Below are positions 10,267-21,000 of a stretch of 64,000 bases of DNA, one piece after another. The position numbers and the translations under genes were made by a program. The notes beneath the pieces are model-generated. The model was given only the letters and a program-made list of their open reading frames with translations, made no database searches and was not told where the DNA came from. Position 1 is the first letter of the stretch. Each line of letters begins with the position of its first letter. The DNA is from Candidatus Krumholzibacteriia bacterium (GTDB lineage: Bacteria > Krumholzibacteriota > Krumholzibacteriia > JAJRXK01), in NCBI GenBank assembly GCA_041484665.1, contig JBGPIA010000006.1, forward strand, positions 96,001-160,000, in the 5' to 3' direction.

Positions 10267-11049
10267 TCAGGCGGAGAGCTCCAGCCAGCCGAAGTGCCGC
10301 AGTCCCTCCAGCACTCCCTTGGCGCCGTCCATCTGCACCATGAACACGTTGTGGAAGCGGCGCGACTCGCTCACCAGCTCGGAGGGCGCGTGGGGGAAGA
10401 CTACGCCTCGCCAGCCGCGGCCGAAGAGGTTCACGTCGCCGTGCGCCTCGCCGAAGGCCAGCACCTGGGTCGGCGCGATGTTCTCCTGGACAATGTAGCG
10501 GCCCAGCGTCGAGCCCTTGTCGACGCCGAACGGAAGCACATCGAGACGCCCCAGCCCGCGCTCCTGGACCTGGCAGCCGATCTCGTCGGCCTTCTTGCGC
10601 GCTTCGCCCAAGGTGGGCGGGGTGTCGTACTGGAAGCCCTGCCGGCAGGGTGCGTTGTCGTCCAGCGGGCGCAGGGTCGTGATCGGCTTCATGGCGCGGA
10701 TCACGGCGTCCTTGCCGGGCCACAGCTGGATGATGTTGCGCTGCAGCGGCTCGATGGTTCCGGTGCCGTCGCCCTTGAGCGCGGTTGTCCCGGAGTCGGC
10801 CATCAGCATGTGGGGCACGGTGAGCCCGGCGTCGGCGGCCAGATGGATGAGAGCCTCGGCGCTCTCGTGGCTCATGTACACGATCCGAAGGGGATGTTGC
10901 GCGGCGCCGAGCATCTCCACCAGCTGGCGGCGCTCATCGGGGAAGGTCTCCACGAAGCTGGCGTCGAGGTCGAGGGCTAGGAGCAGGGGACGAGTCAGGG
11001 CGTACGTCGACATCGGAGTCTCGTTGGTGATAATTGCTTTGTCCTCCAC
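10267..11049 (-). CDS. HAD-IIB family hydrolase, sucrose-phosphate-phosphatase-like, with degenerate motifs
   Basis: LALDLDAS (motif I), LDVLPFGVDKG, FGEAHGDVNLF (motif IV), GVLEGLRHFG. Confidence 0.75.
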   Translation of the reverse strand: MEDKAIITNETPMSTYALTRPLLLALDLDASFVETFPDERRQLVEMLGAAQHPLRIVYMSHESAEALIHLAADAGLTVPHMLMADSGTTALKGDGTGTIEPLQRNIIQLWPGKDAVIRAMKPITTLRPLDDNAPCRQGFQYDTPPTLGEARKKADEIGCQVQERGLGRLDVLPFGVDKGSTLGRYIVQENIAPTQVLAFGEAHGDVNLFGRGWRGVVFPHAPSELVSESRRFHNVFMVQMDGAKGVLEGLRHFGWLELSA

Positions 11050-11292
11050 GTTGATCGCACCCCGGCCTCGGTTCGATCCGCGCGAGGAGCGACATGCATT
11101 TGGGTTTGTTCCGGGCGCCACCAGGCCCAGCGGCGCAGCACTCGGTGGGTGGGATGGATCTCCGCCACAGACGGCGGCCCCGGCGTTCTGGGGCCAACGC
11201 GCGCGCACAAGCCAGCGCCCTAAGCTAGGTGCGGGGGCGGCGCCGCGCAACAGCGATGGAGGGCCTCGCGACCGCCGGCGGTGCGCCCGGCC

Positions 11293-12447
11293 TCAGCTAC
11301 CCGCGCCCGCCGCGGCTTCGCCCCCACCACCGTTGGTCGCCAGACCGTGCAGCAGACGCCAGCGTGCCACCCATGCCTCGCGCTGCCGCAGCACGCTTGC
11401 GCGGTCGTAGAAGGCCGTGGCCTCCGGCGCGAGCGCGCCCTGCGAGAGGTAGCTGGGCGGCTGCACATCGCCGCGCAGCGGAACTCGCATGCCCACGCTG
11501 GCCTGGATCTCCGCCGCCTTCCGGCCGACCAGGAACCGCACCAACGCGTGGCACGATTCGGGATCGCGCGCACCCAGCAGGATGCTGACGCCGCCGACCT
11601 CGTAGCCGGTCTGCTCGGGGATGCGCAGCGACACCGGTAGGCGCTCGCGCTCGATGCGTCGCAGGACGTCGTGGGCCCAGCCCACGCCGAGATCCATCGC
11701 ACCCGCAGCCACTCGCGCCACGGGGATCTCCGAGCGGGCCTCATAGCGTACCCCGTTCTCCCGCAGGAGCTCCATGTACTCCCACCCACGCTCGGGGTCG
11801 GTCTGGCGCAAGAGCTGGGTCGCCAGGAAGACGAGTCCTCCACCCGACTGGTCGGGCGAGGGGATCGCCACCCGGCCCTTCCACCGCGGGTTGATCAGGG
11901 TCAGCCACTCGGGAGGATTGGCCTGGAGATCGGGCAACGGCCGGTAGACCAGGCACAGGTATCCCAGGTAGAGGGGCGTCCAGTGGCCGATGGGGTCATC
12001 GTAGCGAGTGACGCGCGCCGGGTCCGGCGGCGGCGTGAAGCGCTCGAGCTTCCCCGTCTTCGCCAGCTCCTCGTGGATCTCGACGGTCCCGCCCAGCAGC
12101 ACGTCAGGATGGATCCGCCCCTGGGAGATCCACTCCACCGTGCTCTGCGCTCCCCCTGCGAATGGGTCGATGTCGCAGAGGATTCCGGTCTCCCGCGTGA
12201 AGGCCTCAGCCAGGGCGCGACTGGTCTCCTCGTCGAGCACCGAGACCACGCGGACGCGGCGGACGTCAGGGCCGGCCGGCGGCTGCCAGACCGCAATGGG
12301 GACGGCCGTGAGGGCGATCCCGGTCACCCACACCCAGCGCAAAGCCCGGGAGCGGCGCGCCGTGGGTGTGTTGCGCAGCGCCCAGGTCAAAGCGCCCAGG
12401 GCGAGCCCCAGAACGGTCTGCAGCACCAGGATCGCACGGAACGTCAC
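11293..12447 (-). CDS. ABC-type substrate-binding protein (Fe3+/thiamine/AfuA-like) with two N-terminal TM helices
   Basis: PEWLTLINPRWKGRVAIPSPDQSG, GWEYMELL, IPEQTGYEVGGVSIL; two hydrophobic segments at the N-terminus. Confidence 0.8.
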   Translation of the reverse strand: MTFRAILVLQTVLGLALGALTWALRNTPTARRSRALRWVWVTGIALTAVPIAVWQPPAGPDVRRVRVVSVLDEETSRALAEAFTRETGILCDIDPFAGGAQSTVEWISQGRIHPDVLLGGTVEIHEELAKTGKLERFTPPPDPARVTRYDDPIGHWTPLYLGYLCLVYRPLPDLQANPPEWLTLINPRWKGRVAIPSPDQSGGGLVFLATQLLRQTDPERGWEYMELLRENGVRYEARSEIPVARVAAGAMDLGVGWAHDVLRRIERERLPVSLRIPEQTGYEVGGVSILLGARDPESCHALVRFLVGRKAAEIQASVGMRVPLRGDVQPPSYLSQGALAPEATAFYDRASVLRQREAWVARWRLLHGLATNGGGGEAAAGAGS

Positions 12448-12681
12448 GGACGGCTCGCTTCAAAGAAGGCACGGGCAGGGCTGCGGGCACGCTTCGCGGC
12501 ACAGCGAAGAAGAGTAGGCGCCGGGAGGCCGGACGGGCAAGCGCGGGCCGTCGGTGTGGGCCGTTGGTGGGTGCGCGCCGCGCCGGGGGACACCAAGGAA
12601 TTGTGTGAAGTCCCGGCCCCCAGGTGACGATCCCTAGGCACGCACGAGTCCAGGAACCCATGACCTGGGAGGATTTCGACC

Positions 12682-13863
12682 ATGGTGAACCGACTCGGGA
12701 CCGACGGGCGGTACGAGGCGCTCATGCGAGCGATGCACCGCTCGGGCACCCACTCGGCGATCCGCAGGGCGGCTGCCGCCCGAGCGGAGCAGCCGGGCTC
12801 GGGTACCGCGCCGTCGCGGGAGATCCCCGCCGCAGATGCGATCCGGAGCTTTGGGGGGGCCGCAGTCCTCACCACGCGCAGGCCGCACGCGGTGAGCCCC
12901 GCGACTGTCCAGACGCAGCCCGGAAAGCCGCTCGATACCCTGCCGACGACCCCCGTGACCGACCAGCCGTCCGCTCTGACCGAGGTGGGCGACGAGACGA
13001 CCCCCTGGGGCAGCAACGGCTTCTCGGTGGCCCTCGAGCTGCGGATCCGCATCCAGCTCAACTTGCCGCCGCCGTCGGCAACGGCGACTGCGGCCCCTGC
13101 GCCGACGCTCCCGTCCGGTGGAGACACGCCGGCAACCTTGCCGAGTCAACCGCCCGAGGCCACGCTGCCGAGCAGCCAGCCGGGCGCCCAGCCCGGCACC
13201 CAACCGGACACGCCGACCAACACCCAGCCGGGGACCACCAACACCGACCTGCAGCGGCAGCTCAAGCTCGAGCTGCGCAGCGTCGGCAAGGAGGTCCGGG
13301 CCGCACTGCGCGACCTGCTCCACAGCAGGGATCTGTCGGCCGACGCGCGGACCCAGATCCGGGAGCTGGCCAAGCAGTTCCGCCGCGACGTGCGCGACGC
13401 TCTCAGCAATGCCAGCCAGAACGATCAGTTCGACCCGGACGCATTGATGGCGGGAGTGCGCCAGGCGCTGGACACGCTGGTGAACGGTCTGCAGACGCTG
13501 GCCACCCAGCTGTCGGGCGGCAGCGGGACTGATCAGCCCGGTGCCCAGCAGCCCCCAACCGGCCAGCAGCCGGCGCCGAGCCAACCTCCGGTGACCACGG
13601 GCGACACACCCACGATCATCCCGGTGACGCCGCCGCGGCTGCAACCCGGCGATCCGCCGTGGATCGTCCCCGTCACTCCGCCGCGGCTGCAACCCGGCGA
13701 TCCGCCGTGGATCGTCCCCGTCACTCCGCCGCGGCTGCAACCCGGCTTCCTGGCGGGCCTGCTGCCGATTGCCGTTGCGCAGCTCCAGCCCGGGCAGTTG
13801 GCCGCGGGGTACTCGTTCCAGTACAACATCCAGATCCAGGGACGCTTGGAACTCTACGCCTGA
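12682..13863 (+). CDS. Pro/Thr/Gln-rich hypothetical protein with a central helical domain
   Basis: 393-aa ORF with RBS GGAGG upstream; low-complexity flanks around a predicted helical segment. Confidence 0.65.
   Translation: MVNRLGTDGRYEALMRAMHRSGTHSAIRRAAAARAEQPGSGTAPSREIPAADAIRSFGGAAVLTTRRPHAVSPATVQTQPGKPLDTLPTTPVTDQPSALTEVGDETTPWGSNGFSVALELRIRIQLNLPPPSATATAAPAPTLPSGGDTPATLPSQPPEATLPSSQPGAQPGTQPDTPTNTQPGTTNTDLQRQLKLELRSVGKEVRAALRDLLHSRDLSADARTQIRELAKQFRRDVRDALSNASQNDQFDPDALMAGVRQALDTLVNGLQTLATQLSGGSGTDQPGAQQPPTGQQPAPSQPPVTTGDTPTIIPVTPPRLQPGDPPWIVPVTPPRLQPGDPPWIVPVTPPRLQPGFLAGLLPIAVAQLQPGQLAAGYSFQYNIQIQGRLELYA
13621..13746 (+). repeat. 48-bp coding tandem repeat (PRLQPGDPPWIVPVTP, about 2.5 copies)
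   Basis: Identical units at 13633-13680 and 13681-13728, plus partial copies. Confidence 0.9.
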
Positions 13864-13953
13864 AGCTTCACACCGCGCTGATGGGCGGAGCCGCAATCGC
13901 CGGGTCCGGGCTCAAGAGCCCGGGCCCGGCGGGCAGCCGTGGAGATCGACCCT

Positions 13954-14376
<423 letters not shown>

Positions 14377-14607
14377 CGCTCCCACCTCCGCCGCCCCCGC
14401 ACGCGGACGTCTCGCCAGCGCCCGGCCGCCTGCCAGACCCAACATTGCGCCGCGCGAGGGGCGGGCCTTTTTTTGTCCCGTCGCGCGCCCGGTCCCGCCC
14501 GCGGGCGTGACCCCGTCGCGGGTTGGCATTAGACTTGGGGGTTGTCGCGCTCGCACCGCCCCCGCGCGATGCCGGCAGCACCTGCCACGCGCAAAGGAGA
14601 CTGCTCC

Positions 14608-15900
14608 ATGGCTGAAGTCGCCAAGCTCGTCATCGACGGGAAGACCTACGAGCTGCCCATCGTCATCGGGACCGAAGGGGAGCGTGCGATCGACATCTCC
14701 AAGCTGCGCGCCACTGCCGGGTGCATCACCTTGGACACGGGCTACGCCAATACGGGGTGCTGCATCAGCTCGATCACGTTCATCGACGGGGACAAGGGCA
14801 TCCTGCGCTATCGCGGTTATCCCATCGAGGAGCTGGCGGAGAAGAGCACCTTCCTCGAGACAGCCTACCTGCTGCTGCACGGGGAGCTGCCGACGAAGGC
14901 GCAGCTGGAGAAGTTCAGCGACCTCATCACGCATCACACCATGGTGCACGAGGACATCATCCGGAACCTGTTCCGGGGCTTTCCCAAGAGCGCGCATCCG
15001 ATGGCCGTGACGGCCTCCGTGGTGGGCGCGCTGTCGACGTTCTACCAGGATTCCCTCGATCCCATGGATCCCGAGCAGGTGGGGATCTCGATGATCCGCC
15101 TGATCGCCAAGGTCTCGACCATCGCGGCCTACGCGTACAAGTACAGCATCGGGCAGCCGTTCAACTACCCGCAGAACCGGCTCACGTACCCAGAGAACAT
15201 CCTGCACATGATGTTCGCCACGCCGGCCGAGCGTTACGACGTGCACCCAGTGCTGGCCCGCGCCGTGGACGTGCTGCTGATCCTCCACGCCGACCACGAG
15301 CAGAACTGCTCCACGAGCACGATGCGCATGGTGGGCTCGTCGCAGGCCAACATCTACGCGTCGGTGTCCGCTGCGATCAACGCGCTGTGGGGCCCGCTGC
15401 ACGGCGGCGCCAACCAGGCGGTGATCGAGATGCTGCAGGGGATCTCCGACAACGAGGGCAGCGCGCGCGGGTTCCTGGATCGCTGCAAGGACCAGAACGA
15501 CACCACGCGGCTTATGGGCTTCGGCCACCGCGTCTACAAGAACTTCGACCCCCGCGCCCGCATTCTCAAGGAGATGACCCGTTCGGTGCTAGATGCGGTG
15601 GGCCGTTCGACGCGGCTGCTGGACATCGCGGTCGAGCTGGAGGAGATGGCGCTGCACGACGAGTATTTCGTGAAGCGCAAGCTCTACCCCAACGTCGATT
15701 TCTACAGCGGCATCATCTATCAGACGCTGGGCATCCCGGTGAACATGTTCACGGTGTTCTTCGCGCTGGGCCGGCTGCCGGGGTGGGTCTCCCACTGGAT
15801 CGAGCAGAACATGGACTCCAACACCAAGATCGGCCGGCCGCGCCAGGTCTACATGGGGTCCCGCGAGCGCCGCTACGCGCCCATCCAGGCGCGCGGCTGA
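14608..15900 (+). CDS. gltA: Citrate synthase (type II)
   Basis: GILRYRGYPIE, HADHEQNCST, GPLHGGAN, GFGHRVYKNFDPR, YPNVDFYSG; RBS AAAGGAG. Confidence 0.97.
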   Translation: MAEVAKLVIDGKTYELPIVIGTEGERAIDISKLRATAGCITLDTGYANTGCCISSITFIDGDKGILRYRGYPIEELAEKSTFLETAYLLLHGELPTKAQLEKFSDLITHHTMVHEDIIRNLFRGFPKSAHPMAVTASVVGALSTFYQDSLDPMDPEQVGISMIRLIAKVSTIAAYAYKYSIGQPFNYPQNRLTYPENILHMMFATPAERYDVHPVLARAVDVLLILHADHEQNCSTSTMRMVGSSQANIYASVSAAINALWGPLHGGANQAVIEMLQGISDNEGSARGFLDRCKDQNDTTRLMGFGHRVYKNFDPRARILKEMTRSVLDAVGRSTRLLDIAVELEEMALHDEYFVKRKLYPNVDFYSGIIYQTLGIPVNMFTVFFALGRLPGWVSHWIEQNMDSNTKIGRPRQVYMGSRERRYAPIQARG

Positions 15901-15964
15901 TTTCGCGCTGCGCGGTGCCGGGTGACGCCTTCGCCAAGTGACGCCGGTGGGCGCGACCGCCGGC

Positions 15965-17728
15965 TCACCGGCTTCTGGCCTGAGCCACCGCCTCGCTCAG
16001 TGCCCGCGTCCACTCCCCCTGCGGCTCCTGCCGCTCGTACGCCCGCAGCAGCTCCTCGGCCGCGGGCAGGTCCCCGCGGTCCAGCGCGATCTGCGCACGG
16101 TCGTAGAGCGCGCGCAGGTAGTGCGGCGAGGACTCCGGAACGTCCTTCAGGCTGCACTCAGCCGCGTCCAGCAGCGCGCGGCGTGCGCGTGGGTCGGCCA
16201 CTTCCTGGGCCTGCTCCCGAGAGACGATCGCTCGACCGATGAGGGCCTCGGGATCGCGGGGATCGATCGCCACCGCGCGATTGTAGGACTCCGCGGCCAG
16301 TGCCAACCGGCCGTGCGTCAGCCGGAGGTGCCCCAAGACGTCCAGGAGCTGGACGCGGTCGCCGCCGCGAGCCCGCGCCAGCTGCTGCACCAGGTCCCGC
16401 TCCACTTGCTCGTAACGCGCCTGCGCGGCCGGATCGATGGGAACCACCGCGGTCCGACGCAGGGGACCGGGCAACTCGGGCCGCAGGGTCTGGGCGAGGC
16501 GCAGTGGGCTGTCCAGCGCCCGCGGCATCAGAGTGCCCGCCTCCAATAACGCGTCGCGGATCGCGGCTTCCACGTCGTCACGCTGGCGGTGCAGGCACAG
16601 CGCGAGAGCCGCAGCCAGTGCGAGCAGCAGGCCCGCCGCGATCCCGGCGGTCCATGCGGGTCGCCGCGACAAGCGCGCGCGCATCCCGCGCCCCGCTCCG
16701 CCTGCCACTGGCTGCGCGGGCGACGCAATCGAAGCGGTCGGCGCGGGCGGCGCAATCGAAGCGGTCGGTGCGCTCTGCGCGGCCGCGCGGGCGAGGATTC
16801 CTTCCAGACGCTCCTGCGCCGGAGCAGGGAAGCGCGCCGCGTAGTCGGCGAGCTCCTGGGCGGTCGGTGGCGCCCCCACCAGCTTGGACCAGAGGCGCAG
16901 CGTGCGGCGGCACTCCGCGCAGCGTGTCAGGTGGGAGATGCGCCGGTCGCGCTCCGCAGCGGAGAGCTCGCCGGCCAGGAAGCGTAGCGCGTCTTCGTCG
17001 CCGCCCCAGTGCTCCGGCGGGAATTCCGGGCCACCCGGATCGGGGCCGCCGGGGTCGAGGTCGCGCGAGCGCGCGCCGGGCCCGCCGAAGCTCCGCTGCA
17101 TCACGCCCCTGGCTTTAGCCAGCACCTTCTCGACGCCCCCACGTGACAGGTTGGTCCAGCCACCGTCAGCGATCTCCTGGGCCGACATCTCGCCCAGCCA
17201 GGCCAGCTGGCAGATGAGGATGTCGCGCTCGCACTCCGGCCGCCCGTGCCAGACTCTCCGCAGCTCGCGCTCGAAACGCTCGCGCCATTCGTCGTTGATC
17301 ACCGACTGCAGCGGATCTGGCTGGGGATCCGAGATGTTCTCCAACACGCGCTCCTGCGCCTGCGCGTCCGGCATGCGCACGACGCGGGGCCGGGACTGCG
17401 CCGACTGCCGGCGCATCAGATCGGTCAAGGCGCGCCGCGCCGTCAGCGCGAGGTATCTCTTGAATACCTGCTCGTCGCGTGCCCGGAACCGCAGGAGGGC
17501 CGCGCGATCGTCGCGCAGCAGCTTCACCCAGGTCTCGATGCAGACGTCAGCGATGTCGACGTCTCCGTTGGACAGCAGATACCCGCCGCGCGAGGCGCGC
17601 TGGAGCACGGTGAAGATGTGCGGATCGTAGGTCCGGTACATCTGGTACCACGCTTTCCGATCGTCGGCGGACGCGGCACACCGGGCAAGCAGCTCGGCGA
17701 AGGGCAGCGGGTCAGGCAGGGGAGGCAT
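15965..17728 (-). CDS. ECF-type sigma factor fused to a zf-HC2-like anti-sigma domain, a TM helix and TPRs
   Basis: Sigma2-like DIADVCIETWVKLL...FKRYLALTARRALTDLMRR; sigma4-like MSAQEIA..LSRGGVEKVLAKAR; ZAS-like HLTRCAECR; TM AGIAAGLLLALAAALALCL; TPR-like C-terminus (YNRAVAIDPRDPEALIGRA). Confidence 0.82.
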   Translation of the reverse strand: MPPLPDPLPFAELLARCAASADDRKAWYQMYRTYDPHIFTVLQRASRGGYLLSNGDVDIADVCIETWVKLLRDDRAALLRFRARDEQVFKRYLALTARRALTDLMRRQSAQSRPRVVRMPDAQAQERVLENISDPQPDPLQSVINDEWRERFERELRRVWHGRPECERDILICQLAWLGEMSAQEIADGGWTNLSRGGVEKVLAKARGVMQRSFGGPGARSRDLDPGGPDPGGPEFPPEHWGGDEDALRFLAGELSAAERDRRISHLTRCAECRRTLRLWSKLVGAPPTAQELADYAARFPAPAQERLEGILARAAAQSAPTASIAPPAPTASIASPAQPVAGGAGRGMRARLSRRPAWTAGIAAGLLLALAAALALCLHRQRDDVEAAIRDALLEAGTLMPRALDSPLRLAQTLRPELPGPLRRTAVVPIDPAAQARYEQVERDLVQQLARARGGDRVQLLDVLGHLRLTHGRLALAAESYNRAVAIDPRDPEALIGRAIVSREQAQEVADPRARRALLDAAECSLKDVPESSPHYLRALYDRAQIALDRGDLPAAEELLRAYERQEPQGEWTRALSEAVAQARSR

Positions 17729-18049
17729 CTTCGGGGGCGCGCAGTGAGCGATGACCGCGTGCGTTCCCGAGTATGGCACAACCCGACGTTCCTGGCGCCG
17801 GAAGGTCCCGGTGTGGACCAGCCCGCCTGCGGCCGTCCCTAGCCAATAGAGACGCAGGAATGGGGGGATCTCCCCCCTGGAAATCGGAGCTACAATCGCC
17901 CGCGGGCGGTTGTCCCGACGATTCCGGCGCCCGCCCCGAGCACCCGGGCGCACGCCCACGCCGGTTTTCCGGTTCCGTTGGAGGACGATTCCATCCGCCG
18001 CGATCCCGCAGTGTCGCCCCGCGGTCCGCGCGCCCGCTCGTCGCCCCGC

Positions 18050-21000
18050 ATGCTCACGGCGGGCGCCGTGGGCGCGGTGATGCTCGCGGCCGGCGGCCTC
18101 CTGCTCACGCTCCAGGCCCGCCGCGCGGCGCCACCGACCCCCCCCGCGCTGAGCGCCGCGCTGCCGCTGCCGCCCTACATCGACGGTCCGCTGCCACCGG
18201 GCTTGCCGGAGCCTACGACCGGGGCCCCGGCCAGCCCTGATGAGCTACAGGGCCTGCTCGCCCTGCACGCGGAGGGCCTCACGCGCCGTCCATCGGACGT
18301 CGGGCTGCGCGTGCGGACGATCGCGCTGGAGCTGGCGCTGGACCTCCCCGACGCGGCGCTGCGCGACGCGCTCGAAGCGCCCGCCCACGATCCCCGGCTG
18401 GCATTCCTGGAAGCCGGGTCGCGCCTGCGGGGGGCGCCGCGCGTGGACGATCCGCTGGACGAGGAGGATCAGCTGCGGCGGGCCACCCGTGCGCTCGCCC
18501 CCTTGCGCGCGCTGTCCGCCTTTCGGCTGCCGGCCGACGTGCTGCGGGCACGGATTGCCTGCAGGCTCGGCGAGGCCGGGCCGGCGGACTCGCTGCTGGC
18601 CTTCGTCCCCGCTTCGGCGGAGGGCTGGCGCGCGCGCCTGCAGGCTGCAGCGCTGCAGACGGGGCTGGGAAACCGCACCGCCTGGAGAGACCAGTTCGTC
18701 CTGCGCGAGAGCTCGGCCGATACCGCTGCGATGCGCGCGCTCGCCCGCGGCTGGCAGCTCAATTTCGTGCGCTGTTTGCAGGCCGACCTGGATACGGCCT
18801 GGAACCGGACGTTTGCGGAGGATCTTGCGGCACGCGACTCGATCGTCGCGCGCGTGCGGCGCCTCGCCGGCGAGCTGGGCACGCCGGCCGGCCTGTGCAA
18901 CGGCGTGCTCTCGGAGGCAGACCAGCTGGTGGCGTTTCCGCGCGCGCAGCTCCCGCGCGCACGCCGGCTGGACGCCACCTTCCGGCGGCTGATCGAGCTG
19001 ATCAACCCCCCGGCGGGCAAAGTACCCAGCGCGGCGAGCTACGACTCGGTCCTGGTGCTGACCCCGGCGGCGCTGGCGGACGCGGCGGCGCTGGGGTGGA
19101 AGCGACGCGCGTTCGATCTGCATTGGGCGCGCGCCATGGCCCTGGACGGGCTTGACCGCCCGGCCGACGCCCTGGACGAAGCGCGCGCGATGGGCGCCCT
19201 GGCGCGTGCGGCGAACGACCCCGCGATGGCCTGGGCGACCGCACGATGGGTCCACTCCGCGGCGTCGAACATCGGACGCTTGCAGGAAGCGCTCGACGCA
19301 CTGGCCGACTTGCAGCGGCTCGACGCGGCTTGGCAGTTCGACGCAGCGACCGTGAGCCGGGGCAATGGCTTTCTGCGGTTTCAGCTGGGGGACCTGCGCG
19401 GAGCCTTCGAATACTGGGCGCTCGGCTACCGCGACGCGCGTCGCCAGGGGGCCGTGGATGCGATCGTGAGCAATCTCGAGAATCTCGCGTTCGCGTCCCT
19501 CGCTCTGGGCCGCCCCCAGAAGGCAATGGCGTACGCCGGCGAAGCGATCGAGACAGCACAGGGTCCCCGTGCGCAGCGGTTGCCGCCGAACCGCAAGAAG
19601 AGCGTGCACACCACCGCAGCGTACGCCCGCGTCGACCTCGGCGTCGCGGTGGCGCAGCAGCCGGGCGGCGACCTCGCCCCGTTGCGGGCAGCGATCGACA
19701 CCTGCGAGGCGAGCCCCGTCGGGCGCGCCGCCGTCGAGGGGCGAATGATCCTGGCGCGGCTGCTGAGCGCGCGCGGCGCTCAGGCGCAGGCGCAGTCCGA
19801 GGCGGCGCAGGCGCGGGCGCGCGCCGAGGCCGTCGACGCAGCCGACCTTGTGTGGCGCGCCACCGCGGTGCATGGCGAAGTATGCGCTGCGAGCGGCCGG
19901 GTGCAGGAAGCCGCGGCCGACTTCGAGCACGCGCTGGGCGAAGTGGAAGCGCTGCGGGGTTCCCTGGTGAAGCGTGACGAGCGTACGGTCCTGCTGCTCT
20001 CAGCGCGGGAGCTGGCCGACCGCTACATCGCGCTGGAAGCCGACGGTCTCAAAGACGCGGCGGCGGCATACGTCATCGACGAACGCTCCCGCGAGCACCG
20101 ACTCCGCGAGCAAGCGGGGCCCGCCGCCGCGGCAGCGCCGTGGCAATCCGAGCGTGCCCGCACGCTGGACGAGGTGGCCAATACGCTTCGCGACGGCGGG
20201 TTGCTCGTGCAGTTCCGCGTCGAGGACTCCCGCGTTCGCCTGTGGGCGGCGACGCGCCGGGAGCGCACGGCAGCAACCGTGACCATCGCCAAGGTCGAGC
20301 TGGACAGCCTCGTCACCGAGTGGCTGGCGGCCATCGAGGGGGGATCGAGCAGCTCGATCGCGGGGATCCTCGGGGACCGGCTGTTGGGGCCGATCGCCAC
20401 GTGGGTCGAGCCGGCACGCGACCTGGTGATCGTACCCGATGGCGCGCTGTGTCGGGTGCCGTTTGCGCTGCTGCGCCTGGATGGCCGCCGCCTGCTGGAG
20501 GACCACGTCGTGCGGTACGGGATCAGCGGGACCACCCAGGTGTCCCTCGCGCAGCGACGCGCGGGCAAAGGGGGGCGCACCACGACGGTCGCACCGCGGG
20601 TGCTGGCCGTGGGTTACGGCGGCAGCTGGGGTGAGGGCGGCGAAGGCACTCCCGCCGCGCCGCGCGCCACGGCGGCGCCCATGCTGCCCTTCGCGGAGCG
20701 CGAGGTGGCGGCCGTCGCCGCACTCGCTCCCGGCTCGGTCCTGCTCACCGGCACGCTGGCTTGCCCCTCGCGCACCCTCACCGCCCTTCCGCGCGCGACC
20801 CACCTTCACATCGCCGCGCACAGCGGCGTGGACCTGGTCGGCCGGCCATTTCTGCTGCTCGCCTCCGATCCGGCCAGGCTGGGGGGGGGCGACGGCGCGG
20901 CCGGCGGCGCAGGCGGCGGCGGCAACGGCGCCGGGGGGGTGCGCGTGACGGCACAGGAGATCGCGCGTTGGCCTCTGGCCGGGGTACGGCTGGTGACGCT

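Noticed and set aside
14420..14476. GC-rich run plus T7 as a terminator or riboswitch before gltA
   Set aside because: No compact stem directly before the T tract, and no aptamer consensus recognised.
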